Counted from the stretch's first letter, positions 49,749 through 59,566 are shown. The stretch: 64,000 bases of DNA from an uncultured virus (IMG/VR IMGVR_UViG_2558309035_000001) (IMGVR_UViG_2558309035_000001); one strand, 5' to 3'. Made by a program: numbers and translations. The notes: generated by a model from the sequence alone, not told the origin.

Positions 49749-50210
49749 CTATTTTTTAGAACGGTTAATTAATAAGTACAAGCTAAAACATACCACTACC
49801 ACCAAACCGCCCCACAAATACGGATTCGGTTTTTTCGTCTCCACTTCAACAGCTTTCTTTTTGGATTTTAATTTGCTTTCAATCTTTTCTGCTTTAGCAG
49901 AAACAGACCGGTCAGTGCCCGTAGCCGAACTGTCTTTTTTTGAACTGTCAAATATTATTTTACTGTTGGTGAACTTGGTCGTGTTACCGGCACTGTCCGT
50001 AAAGGTGCTTTCCTTTGTTGGATCCACCGGTTCTAGCGTGGTCATGTTATACGCCTTGGTGTACCGTACATTCGAGGTAATGTCATTTTTAGTTTCAACA
50101 CGAGTTTCTTTTTTTTCCTCCAGTTCAAGTTTTTCTAAATCCATCGCACGTTTACGGGTACCACAGCTCGTGCAGATGATAAAAACTAAAAACAGGATCC
50201 CGATTCTCAT
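49749..50210 (-). CDS. Lipoprotein with a C-terminal TM helix (unimolecular-spanin-like)
   Basis: Lipobox CTSC plus C-terminal hydrophobic helix; downstream of the endolysin. Confidence 0.65.
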   Translation of the reverse strand: MRIGILFLVFIICTSCGTRKRAMDLEKLELEEKKETRVETKNDITSNVRYTKAYNMTTLEPVDPTKESTFTDSAGNTTKFTNSKIIFDSSKKDSSATGTDRSVSAKAEKIESKLKSKKKAVEVETKKPNPYLWGGLVVVVCFSLYLLINRSKK

Positions 50211-50351
50211 ACAATGTCTATTAATATATACGTTGGAAACGCTTTATAAAAAGCAGATTCAACCTCTTTTATATTCGCACCTCTCATGTTCATTAAGCCT
50301 GGTCTGTAATCATCTTCTGATACCTTATATGTAATACAGTAATTATACATT

Positions 50352-50474
50352 TTAACATGGTATATTCCTTAACAAATGTTCCTCACAGATAAAATCACCT
50401 GGTCGTATTTCGTAAGCTCCTTTAGTACCACAGATACCGCAATATTTTTGATGATAGAATAGAATGTCGTTCAT
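50352..50474 (-). CDS. 40-aa zinc-finger-like micro-protein not in the ORF track
   Basis: MNDILFYHQKYCGICG...FICEEH; ATG overlaps the endolysin stop. Confidence 0.4.
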   Translation of the reverse strand: MNDILFYHQKYCGICGTKGAYEIRPGDFICEEHLLRNIPC

Positions 50475-50911
50475 TAAGCTTCTCTTTTTATGTGTGTTTG
50501 CCTTACCCATTTACTGTTGTAGACATAAGCATCATTCTGAGCGTTTTTATAATCTCCATGGATAAAACCATTATAGATTGCTAAACGTGTGTACCTAGTA
50601 ACAGCAATTAAGGCTTCAAGTAATATTCCTTGATTTTCTTTAAAGTTATCGCAAGTAATATCACAAGCACCCAAAAAATTATAGGTATGTTCTGAATAAC
50701 CGCTACGACCTTTTGATTTTTCCCACTCAACACTTCTGTAGCTACTTTTAAGTGATACATAAATTTTAATATCACATTTGTACTTTTCTTTTATCCATTG
50801 CTCCACAAGTTTTAGTGGTGCCATATGAGCAACATAAGCAACGGTCTCCACTTTAGAAGGAAGACCATCGCCTTTAATGTCATAGCTGTTTATATTATGT
50901 ATGCTGTTCAT
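50474..50911 (-). CDS. Peptidase M15-family endolysin
   Basis: SSYRS, SEH-x6-D (SEHTYNFLGACD) and FIHGD zinc-ligand pattern. Confidence 0.75.
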   Translation of the reverse strand: MNSIHNINSYDIKGDGLPSKVETVAYVAHMAPLKLVEQWIKEKYKCDIKIYVSLKSSYRSVEWEKSKGRSGYSEHTYNFLGACDITCDNFKENQGILLEALIAVTRYTRLAIYNGFIHGDYKNAQNDAYVYNSKWVRQTHIKREA

Positions 50912-50928
50912 TATTTAGGTAAATTATT

Positions 50929-52644
50929 CTAGTACCCGTAAAATTTAACTTCTGCTACGTCTAAATCCGCAACCTCCCCATACATTCTAATATATCTATA
51001 AGGTGTTGTATCTGTGATTATTAATTTTGTATATTCTCCACTTACTGGATCTGTACCAGTCGATGGCCCTATATCTACAAACCCATCTGTAGTACTTGTA
51101 TTACTCCCTTGTGGTGTAAGATTATGTGATCTATCACCAAAGCTAGTCCTGGGATATATATATACTTTTGTAATTACTTTTTCGTTACCAACACCTAAAT
51201 CAAGCCCTATATATTTATTAATAGACCCTCCTGAACCTTCTGAACTAAAAAATGTAGATGTATTGTTATCAAAAGCCTTTTCATCAGAATAAACATCATT
51301 AGAACCTTCTAGATAATATGGAGAACTAAAAGAAGTACCTGTTAATTCAGTACCTAACTGATCTATATTCACCCCTATAGCTTCCGCTACCTCAAGTGCT
51401 ATAGTGTTTATTCCAGAAGCATTATAATGTACATTATCCGCTTGAGTAGTGGCTGCATCCGTATCTATTAGAACATTATATGGCTGTGCAGCTACAGTTT
51501 CCTGAATCGCTCGTATAGTATTTCTTTGTAATTCTGTATATAAAGTCTGGTTATTGCTCATCCTACAAATAAGGAAAGGCATTTGAGGGTAATTGTAATA
51601 AGCTCGTTTTGCTGCAATAAAAGCTTCTAAATTAGCTTGGTAAGTATCTAAATTATCTTGTTGTATATCTTCCTCTCCTTGAATCCAAACATAATAAGCA
51701 GGGGCTAATTGACTAGGCATTAATGCTACCGCTGCATCATGATGACCATTACTATCTAAATATAAATCATCTACAGAATTAATATTCCAATCCGCAGCAG
51801 CTACAGTTTCAAGCCCTGTTGATCCCTCGGATGTTTTTATGAAGTAAAAATCTTCTCCAAATGTATCTACCAATACTTCTGCCAGCCTTAACTCTATACC
51901 GAAATTACCAAATGTATTAGTACCGTTCCATCCTTTACTATTCGTATAGCTTAAAGTTTCTAGTGTCATAGATTCATAACTACCGTCTTTACCACCTATA
52001 GCCATATAAGCCCCAGTTATAGGTATAGAAAGTTCTCCAGGCAATCCAGAACTAGGAGCAAATCCGAATGCATTACTTTGACCGCCTATTTCTATTAGAT
52101 TAGGGTTGTAAGCCAATTCAACTACTACGTCTGGCTCATCAACTCCAGCACTTGTTACCCAATTAGTTCCATTATACCATATCGGATAACCTAATGTTGA
52201 ATCAAAAAAACTTTCCCCCGTAGAAGCATTTTCTGGTCTTTCTGTACTTGCACCAGAACCAGGGGAAGACACCACATCCCCATCACTCTCACCCAAACTA
52301 TCTTCTGCCCATTGCTCCAACTCGTTGTAATTGGAGAAGGTACTGCCGTAGGTGTTGAACAAGGGGTCTTTTGGGGAGAGCTTTATTTTACCCAGCTTAA
52401 AACCTTCTTTACTGACCATGTACTCTTGCGTAGGTACCACAACAAAGGCAACACGGTTACCGCTTAGACGTTCCCAGGTCATATCTTGTGCCGGGTTTTG
52501 TTGGTCGGGACCGAAATAGGTACGTATTCTAAAATTCTTGGCATCGCCAATGACTCCGATTTCTATAACGGCATCTTTACTCAGCTCTTGTGCGGTCGCC
52601 AAACAACCGAACATTAATACCAGGGCAACTACTATCTTTTTCAT
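50929..52644 (-). CDS. Signal-peptide protein with an SGNH sialate-O-acetylesterase-like (SASA) domain and a C-terminal F5/8 discoidin domain
   Basis: GGQSNA, WIQGEED, DNVHY; KAFDNNTSTF...YRYIRM..VAEVKFYG. Confidence 0.8.
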   Translation of the reverse strand: MKKIVVALVLMFGCLATAQELSKDAVIEIGVIGDAKNFRIRTYFGPDQQNPAQDMTWERLSGNRVAFVVVPTQEYMVSKEGFKLGKIKLSPKDPLFNTYGSTFSNYNELEQWAEDSLGESDGDVVSSPGSGASTERPENASTGESFFDSTLGYPIWYNGTNWVTSAGVDEPDVVVELAYNPNLIEIGGQSNAFGFAPSSGLPGELSIPITGAYMAIGGKDGSYESMTLETLSYTNSKGWNGTNTFGNFGIELRLAEVLVDTFGEDFYFIKTSEGSTGLETVAAADWNINSVDDLYLDSNGHHDAAVALMPSQLAPAYYVWIQGEEDIQQDNLDTYQANLEAFIAAKRAYYNYPQMPFLICRMSNNQTLYTELQRNTIRAIQETVAAQPYNVLIDTDAATTQADNVHYNASGINTIALEVAEAIGVNIDQLGTELTGTSFSSPYYLEGSNDVYSDEKAFDNNTSTFFSSEGSGGSINKYIGLDLGVGNEKVITKVYIYPRTSFGDRSHNLTPQGSNTSTTDGFVDIGPSTGTDPVSGEYTKLIITDTTPYRYIRMYGEVADLDVAEVKFYGY

Positions 52645-52695
52645 TTTAATCTACTTTTGTTACTGGGCAGGGAGTCGAACCCCACCCAGTTAGTT

Positions 52696-53022
52696 TTATA
52701 CTTCACTTGTTACCGATCGGTACAGTTGGTTTAAGAATACCGAACCAAGTCCTGTTAAGAACATGACAATAAAATTGCCGTCGCTCGCCAACGTACCTAA
52801 GTAGGCAGATGCCGTGGCTATCAAAGGCACCACAATCAACGTGGTCGTGCCGGTAACGAACGGGGCTATCTTTTTTACGAGCCACGTTACGCCCAATGTA
52901 ATAAGTGGCATAAGCCATGTTAATACCGATGTGGCATTATCGAATTCAATGCTTTCTTCTTGCGCCAATAACGCCATAGGTGCCAATAGCACCACTACTA
53001 ATAATTTTAAACTGTTTTTCAT
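52696..53022 (-). CDS. Membrane protein, holin-like
   Basis: Signal-like N-terminus plus about 3 TM helices, in the lysis region. Confidence 0.5.
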   Translation of the reverse strand: MKNSLKLLVVVLLAPMALLAQEESIEFDNATSVLTWLMPLITLGVTWLVKKIAPFVTGTTTLIVVPLIATASAYLGTLASDGNFIVMFLTGLGSVFLNQLYRSVTSEV

Positions 53023-53033
53023 GATACTTCTAT

Positions 53034-53747
53034 TTAATTAATAATTATCGTGTCTTGCACCGCATTTGCACTATCGGTTACAATCTCTATGACTTCCATT
53101 TTCCCTTGAGCATCAATAACCTTTACCAACAACTCTAAAGGAGCACTAAAACCGAACATTCTGTTCTTATAATATTTGCTACGCCATTTATGGCTATACA
53201 ATAGCGTTTTACTGCTGTCTGGCCACATCCACGGTTCTACGTCATCTTCAGGTTCTCCGCTGCTTAATACCTTACGGTCCATCGCCTCAAAAACCACAGC
53301 CACTTCATAGGGCACTAGATCAAAATTGGTTTTACCTAAACTCTTCACTCTGTCGAGTCCGAATACTTCCTCGTACTTTTCGTTCATGCCCGTAATGCGA
53401 ATACTATCGCCACGTTGAGTTTTCTCGTACCAGGCAATATCGAGCTCATCCATCTCAATGTTTCTACCGATATTGGCGGTGACCAAAAAAGCATTGGTAA
53501 CCGCTAGTTGTTCGCTCTTGGTACGCCACTTATCGCGCTTACCGGTCATTACCCACAACTGTACGGTAGTCGTAGCCAATGGCACCAGAACCAACCAACC
53601 TTTATTCTTTTTTATGAACGTATGTAGCCTGGTCTTTATAAACCGGCGCTCTTTTGATCGCAACCACCACCTGTATTTGATCCACAGTCTAAGCAGTAGT
53701 TTTTTGGGGGAATTCTCAGGCATGCGCTTATTATGCTTTATCGGCAT
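53034..53747 (-). CDS. Membrane-anchored PAS-domain protein
   Basis: MNEKYEEVFGLDRVKSLGKTNFDLVPYEVAVVFEAMDRKVL PAS signature after a hydrophobic segment. Confidence 0.65.
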   Translation of the reverse strand: MPIKHNKRMPENSPKKLLLRLWIKYRWWLRSKERRFIKTRLHTFIKKNKGWLVLVPLATTTVQLWVMTGKRDKWRTKSEQLAVTNAFLVTANIGRNIEMDELDIAWYEKTQRGDSIRITGMNEKYEEVFGLDRVKSLGKTNFDLVPYEVAVVFEAMDRKVLSSGEPEDDVEPWMWPDSSKTLLYSHKWRSKYYKNRMFGFSAPLELLVKVIDAQGKMEVIEIVTDSANAVQDTIIIN

Positions 53748-53809
53748 GATCAGAGAGCAATATTACTATTGCCACCAACACACTAACTATTGTTGTAACC
53801 AATATCATC

Positions 53810-54166
53810 TTAATTCAATTTTTGCAATAACCGTATCAATTTCGCTACAATAAAACCACCACCGAGTCCGCTAATAGCAGCCAAAAAATGATCAATAGGT
53901 GTTTGAATATCAACAGGAATACTAACGAAGTAATCAGCAAAAGGTAGTCCAACCTCTACTATAAATGATAGTACTAGATAACCGCTTAAAATCTGATATA
54001 AATAGTTTTTCCAAGTACCTTTAAAGTAATTATCTACACCGTATAAATTCTTTTGAGTTATACCCGTACCTATAGCCATTATAGTTACAAGTATACCACC
54101 AGTACATACCCATATCATAGACCAGTCTAATTCCTGATACCAAAACTTTTCGACAATTTCTCCCAT
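53810..54166 (-). CDS. 3-TM membrane protein, holin-like
   Basis: Three hydrophobic segments. Confidence 0.5.
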   Translation of the reverse strand: MGEIVEKFWYQELDWSMIWVCTGGILVTIMAIGTGITQKNLYGVDNYFKGTWKNYLYQILSGYLVLSFIVEVGLPFADYFVSIPVDIQTPIDHFLAAISGLGGGFIVAKLIRLLQKLN

Positions 54167-54257
54167 AATTATTTACTATTTCTATATTGATACCATAACT
54201 TACCCAACACTATAAAAGCTATATACACTATTACGAATGTTAGATAATTGGTCATTT

Positions 54258-55151
54258 TTAATTGTTCCTTTTCTTGTTCAGCATCAATTGTTGCTCTATA
54301 GGTTTAAATTCTAAAGGTGCAGGTGTTGGAACGGTAATATCACCGTCAATTGATAGCCCCAAAGGACTCACATCTTCATATTCCCCACCACTACCTTTCC
54401 ATACTTTAAATGTATCATAGTGCGCTTCGCCTGTTGAATTACTAGGGCCGTAGTATAACCCTAACTTTACATATCCCGCAGGGTCTTTTTGGCTTCCGTC
54501 ATGAGCCTTGTTATAAGTAGTAGTACCTACATGATTTAAAACTACATCACCATTACACCATATTCTTACAAAACCGTTATCAGGATCTAATTTAAAGTTG
54601 ATAACAATATCATACCACTCACCAAGCTCATAAGGGTATTCATAAACTATACTTCCGCTTATTGCTCCACTAGGAAACGTTGTATTTTTTGCGCTTGCAT
54701 TTGTATTCCACAAAAAACCAAATTTGTTTCCAGATAAATTTCTTAATGTATATGGATTAGTACCGCTTGTGTTCGTGTAATTATGAGTGTGTGGTCTGAA
54801 TTGAGTAAGTATAGCATAACCACTAACAGGTTCTACAACTCTAATAGAGTAACCTATCCAATATTCTGTGTACCAATCATAAAAACCATTTGCAGCATTT
54901 GGGGCGTCATTATACTGTCTTGTAATCTCTGATCTAATACCCCCTAAATCATTTGTCAACCTAACATAACCTATGCCCTGTCTTGCTGTTCCATCTGTAA
55001 TAATACCACTATCAAAAGTACCTATATCATTACGCCAATCGGTAGAACCGTTACTACCTAATTCACTAGAGCTATCAAACGGACTATCTAGTATAATAGA
55101 GCCTTGTGCAGCTATTAAAAAAGGAAATAATAAGAATAATATGTATTTCAT
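54258..55151 (-). CDS. Secreted polysaccharide-lyase-like jelly-roll protein (heparin lyase I/PF14099-like)
   Basis: Signal peptide; RSEI, YWIGYS, ILTQF, GEWYDIVI..K...GFVRIWCNG, YVKLGLY. Confidence 0.75.
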   Translation of the reverse strand: MKYILFLLFPFLIAAQGSIILDSPFDSSSELGSNGSTDWRNDIGTFDSGIITDGTARQGIGYVRLTNDLGGIRSEITRQYNDAPNAANGFYDWYTEYWIGYSIRVVEPVSGYAILTQFRPHTHNYTNTSGTNPYTLRNLSGNKFGFLWNTNASAKNTTFPSGAISGSIVYEYPYELGEWYDIVINFKLDPDNGFVRIWCNGDVVLNHVGTTTYNKAHDGSQKDPAGYVKLGLYYGPSNSTGEAHYDTFKVWKGSGGEYEDVSPLGLSIDGDITVPTPAPLEFKPIEQQLMLNKKRNN

Positions 55152-56984
55152 TTACAACGCTTTTAAACTAATTTTAATCTGCATTATATCACCTATACTA
55201 CCAGTGGTATTATTAGGGTATGCGTCAAGTTGAAAACCTGTAGCTGTACTTTCAAATACATGAGATAACAGAACCCATTCGCTAGAATTAAGATTTAACC
55301 ATTGAAAACCATCAGCTCCAACATTTAATTTGATTCTTCCATCATTACCTTGAATCATTCTGTAATAAACATCAACCCTGTAATCTGTACTGTTCAAAAT
55401 AGTTACACTTGGTCTTGCACGACCACCACTAGCATTACTTTCTATTTGATATACGTAGCTCCAATCATCAAAACCAGTAACCACCACACTAGATGTAGTT
55501 GCGTTAATTGTAGTTATTTCACTTGGTGAGGTAGCTGCATTGGTTTCATTAGGTGGAAAAGCTGCTGCACCTATATTCCATAATTCTGGATTACTGTTGT
55601 TTTGATTTGTATAAGGGAAATTTGAACCATTTGAAGCTAAACCACTTGTTTCGATCCAAAAGGTAGTAGCATCTAATTTAATAACGTTTGCAGTTTCATA
55701 AGGACTTAGTTCTATTTGTGAATCAACATCTAAAGCTGTTTTAAACCCATCTTCATTAAGGGCATAACCTGAAAAGTCATAACCACTTTCTGGTTTTAAA
55801 GTAACAGCACCGTTACCGCTATTGTTAAAATCTGCCCATGTATTTAATTGTGTGACAGCAGAACCAAAAGTCAACTCACCTACATCCGCTTTGTAATTAT
55901 TTACCTTTTTTCCACTAGATATAAAGTTTGAATTATTTATTGTTATATCACCTGTTGTAAGGTTGTTTCTTACTGATTGTATTGAACTTGCTGAACCTGC
56001 TATTTCATCAATAGCATCTTGTACGTCCGTTGCTGTTAATCCGCTTGTTGTTGGGTCGTAGGTTACTTCGGATGCGTCATTATTACTAATAGCTGTATCA
56101 ACATAGAGTTTAGTCGCTAAATGCAAGTCATGCTCTATAATTCCATCATGAGCAATAAAAGCTCTGTTAATAGATGAACCAGCAGAACTATTCCTAAATG
56201 CTAAATCACCTGAATAAGTACTAGCTGTTTGCTCTGTAATATCCCATGTTCCAGTATCAGAATTTTTATCTGACAAATTTAATATTCCGACATTCAATAC
56301 ATCTTCCCCACCGGCATCATTACCTTCTGTTAATACTTCCGGTAATGTTTGATCGTCTGTGCCACCGCCTGAACCTAATGCATCTACATAACCCTTAGTA
56401 GCTGCGTCCGTATCGTTTACAGGTGCAGCTAAGTTTTTAATAGCATTGTTCTGCATATCCAAAGGATCATCAACATCTATCTCTGTTGATAATGCATGCA
56501 AGTTTCCTGTATAGATATAGCTAGAGAAAATTTGAGAAAATGAAGCTCCTGAACTACCTAAGTCTATTGAGCCACTACTTTGAGGTAAAAGATCACCTGT
56601 AAGCCTGCGGCTGCCATCTTTTAATAAGTCGTCGTTATTATCAATATCCAAATCGGAGTACAAAGCAGACAACCAAGAGGCCGCCCTGGCATCGGTATGA
56701 TATTGTGTATGGTCATCATCGGTTAAACCAGATAATGCACCATGGTCGGTAACTCCACCGCCAACAACATCCATCAAATCCACAAACTCGGTACCGTTAT
56801 AATACCAAAGCGATTTAGTTGTACTATTACCTACCAACAACCCCTCACGCGGATTACCGATACCGTTCAACACCGTCGATGTTTTTGTATCGAGTAGCAG
56901 TCCATCTGCAGGACCAATGACATCTACCTGGGCAATACCGAATGCCGATACCAATAGGGCTATTACTATACTTAACTTTTTCAT
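55152..56984 (-). CDS. Tail-fibre/adhesin-like protein with an N-terminal signal peptide
   Basis: DHGALSGLTDDDHTQY, NLAAPVNDTDAATKGYVD and ATDVQDAIDEIA fibre motifs; CBM-like C-terminus. Confidence 0.7.
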   Translation of the reverse strand: MKKLSIVIALLVSAFGIAQVDVIGPADGLLLDTKTSTVLNGIGNPREGLLVGNSTTKSLWYYNGTEFVDLMDVVGGGVTDHGALSGLTDDDHTQYHTDARAASWLSALYSDLDIDNNDDLLKDGSRRLTGDLLPQSSGSIDLGSSGASFSQIFSSYIYTGNLHALSTEIDVDDPLDMQNNAIKNLAAPVNDTDAATKGYVDALGSGGGTDDQTLPEVLTEGNDAGGEDVLNVGILNLSDKNSDTGTWDITEQTASTYSGDLAFRNSSAGSSINRAFIAHDGIIEHDLHLATKLYVDTAISNNDASEVTYDPTTSGLTATDVQDAIDEIAGSASSIQSVRNNLTTGDITINNSNFISSGKKVNNYKADVGELTFGSAVTQLNTWADFNNSGNGAVTLKPESGYDFSGYALNEDGFKTALDVDSQIELSPYETANVIKLDATTFWIETSGLASNGSNFPYTNQNNSNPELWNIGAAAFPPNETNAATSPSEITTINATTSSVVVTGFDDWSYVYQIESNASGGRARPSVTILNSTDYRVDVYYRMIQGNDGRIKLNVGADGFQWLNLNSSEWVLLSHVFESTATGFQLDAYPNNTTGSIGDIMQIKISLKAL

Positions 56985-57217
56985 TACAACGTTTTTTTAA
57001 ATGGTATTAAATTGCCTTCCTCATCGCTGAAGACGGTCTCGTTCTCTTTATTGATAATAGTAACATTGCTCTCCCCTTTTTTGATCACGGGCACATGCTC
57101 GTCATCTGCCAGAACCGGTATCTCTGCCTTATACTTTTTTTGAAGCTTCAAAATCAAATTGCCAAGCCATATAAGCGCCACGATCATAAATGCTATTAGT
57201 ACCCCTATTGCTATCAT
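56984..57217 (-). CDS. Small membrane protein
   Basis: N-terminal TM helix. Confidence 0.6.
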   Translation of the reverse strand: MIAIGVLIAFMIVALIWLGNLILKLQKKYKAEIPVLADDEHVPVIKKGESNVTIINKENETVFSDEEGNLIPFKKTL

Positions 57218-57588
57218 GTTAATCGTATTTTACCGTTCGTTTTAAAGAAGACATCTTTATCTTCTAGATCCGCAACGCCCGTAAAAGCATTGTTCATGAG
57301 TATACCCTCTATCCATTCTTCTTTAGTAGCATCATCTACCCAGGCCTCAATTTTATCGTTCTGCTGAAATGCAGCAATATCCGTATTGCCGTTACCTTTA
57401 CGTATATGCCATACCTTACCGTTGCTATCGGCTAAATACATACTACGCCCGTGCAGCTCTATAAGCGCCAACCGCATTTCATTGAAGTCCGTCGCCAACC
57501 ATTTGCTTTTCAACGGTACATTGGCAAGCTCCAGCAAACGTGCCGGCGAATCTTCTTTCTCGATTATGGTCAATGGAAATACACTCAT
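57214..57588 (-). CDS. Phage hypothetical protein (possible fibre anchor)
   Basis: WLATDFNEMR motif; in the fibre operon. Confidence 0.55.
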   Translation of the reverse strand: MSVFPLTIIEKEDSPARLLELANVPLKSKWLATDFNEMRLALIELHGRSMYLADSNGKVWHIRKGNGNTDIAAFQQNDKIEAWVDDATKEEWIEGILMNNAFTGVADLEDKDVFFKTNGKIRLT

Positions 57589-57589
57589 G

Positions 57590-58093
57590 CTAATAGGGTT
57601 CTAAAAATGATACGGGAAACTCATACACGAAACCATAGGCATTCGTATTCTCAAAAAAACCGATGGGAAAAATACTGGTGGACCTGAATTCAACCTCTGT
57701 CGTTTTCTCGTTGCTGGAGACCGTTACTTTCGGACTCGCATTCTGAAAAAAGTCGTTTCTACCGATGATGACCGTTTGATCATTACTGAACTTCATACTC
57801 AAAAACTTCACTTTACGAAGCTCTTCTAACCGAAGACTACGCTGCTCATCGTTACTGGGGAACTTTATAGTAACTCGCTGGGCATATAGAATTCCGTTTT
57901 TTGTTTCTGAAGTCGTTTCTTGAAATCGGGCGCTGCCGTTACTATAGTAGACGGATTTAAAGTTACCCTGACTGATGTTGGTATTATAGAACGGCTGATT
58001 GTCTAGCGTGCCGGACGCAAATTCATTACCCGAAACATCCAGTTGGATTCCGCATATATGAGGATTCGATAAAACACGTTCTGTAATCAGCAT
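57590..58093 (-). CDS. Phage structural-type hypothetical protein (first gene of the fibre/lysis operon)
   Basis: 167 aa after a late promoter motif; C-terminal GFVYEFPVSF. Confidence 0.6.
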   Translation of the reverse strand: MLITERVLSNPHICGIQLDVSGNEFASGTLDNQPFYNTNISQGNFKSVYYSNGSARFQETTSETKNGILYAQRVTIKFPSNDEQRSLRLEELRKVKFLSMKFSNDQTVIIGRNDFFQNASPKVTVSSNEKTTEVEFRSTSIFPIGFFENTNAYGFVYEFPVSFLEPY

Positions 58094-58112
58094 ATCTGTC
58101 TACTAAGATATT

Positions 58113-58154
58113 GCAAAATAGACAAATAAGCATATAATATGGTGTAACATGAAG
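58113..58154 (-). promoter_or_regulatory. Late promoter motif with an embedded CI-operator-like 18-mer
   Basis: CTTCATGTTACA at 58143-58154; TATATGCTTATTTGTCTA (58119-58136) has one mismatch to 8637-8654. Confidence 0.6.
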
Positions 58155-58316
58155 CGAAAAAGTAGACTTTTTCGAATATTGTTGAACCATTATCCGGCAA
58201 TCGCCCAAAATTAGACTTAAAATTTACCAAACGTTAAACAAAATGAAAATCATCTCGCTCTGGTCGAACAGTTTTTCTAGTAGATTTCTGTAGTCTCTGT
58301 TAAAGTGCTTTTTTTT

Positions 58317-58550
58317 TGTAACTCTGTAACTTTGTAACCTTTTTGTATAAGTTGTTGATTAACAACTATTTAAATGGAGATTTTTGAAGAGTGGTTTTTG
58401 TAACCGAGGCATATTCAAGTTTGTAGAAACTGTAACCTTTAGTAAAGGTTACAGTTTTTTTGTAACCAAGTTACAATTTTAATAAACCTTTTGTATCCGT
58501 TCAGCCCAATGACTACAAGCTTTTTCGTAAGTGGTTACAAAGTTACAATT
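58317..58550. repeat. TGTAAC/GTTACA iteron array with a perfect 15-bp inverted repeat
   Basis: About 10 copies in both orientations; AAACTGTAACCTTTA-G-TAAAGGTTACAGTTT at 58427-58457. Confidence 0.75.
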
Positions 58551-59566
58551 ATTTTCTACTAGAGCTAAGAGGGGGTTTGGGGGAGATACTGACACAATGG
58601 CGTGTGTGCCGTTTTGTCGCATTTGTTTAATGTTGTAACAATTATACGGAAGTATCTTAGTCTACTGCACCAGGCGTTCGCTACCGGGCATAAAAAAACC
58701 TCCAGTATTAGAGGTTCTATTTGAAAAGAAACGATGCGATAACAGTTGCTATAACCAAAAGCTCGTGCCTCGCTACTGGTCATAGCTTGGTGTTGTAAAA
58801 CATATTGCTTAGTTCTTTGATATTTCTTGTTCGTCGTAATCCATCCCCATAAATTCAAAAGCAACTAAGTCAGTATCAATATAATTTTGTGTGTAATTAT
58901 TTTCAAGTATGTATTTGTGGTGTTCAGATAAGACTAAGGATAAGTCTACTTTGTCGCAAGACGATTTTACATTACTATGTAAAATTAATTTCTTGGCATG
59001 GTACGCTTCTGCAAAGGCAAATATTTCTTTGCGTGTGTCAATATCTAAATCTGATTTTTGATAAAACTCTTGTGCTTTCATTATTGTTTAATTTTAAGTT
59101 AATATTTACTAAGGCTTGTTATTGCTATTGAAACTAATCTTACATTTTACGTTATCCATCATTTGAGCTTGCTACATTCTGAACTCTATATACTTTACAT
59201 GGGTACGTAGCTTTTTTCTCAGCAGCGGAGAAATCAGTACCACATTCAAAAACATCTCCGTTTTTGTCTAGCCAAATCCATTGTTCGCCACCTCTAATTT
59301 TATCTGGTAGTATACCAGGCACTCTGCTAATCCATTGTAATTTGCTACTGAGTTCAAAAAGAAACTCCGCATTCACCATTATTTTTTCCATTGCTGATTG
59401 TTTACTATTAATTGATCATTGCATTTACTTTTATCATGCAGCGCCTTGCAGTTCCAGCAGACGAGGGCACCGGTGACGGCATCTCTAAAACCATTGAACA
59501 ATACATCGTTCTTTGGTTTGGATGCTGTACCGCAATAGCTGCACGTTTTTATATTACTGAAGAGAT

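Noticed and set aside
50929..56984. Diversity-generating retroelement or invertible fibre cassette
   Set aside because: No reverse transcriptase, template/variable repeat pair or invertase was seen in the unit
58317..58550. CRISPR array
   Set aside because: Repeats are 6-7 bp, irregularly spaced and in both orientations; no spacers of constant length and no cas genes
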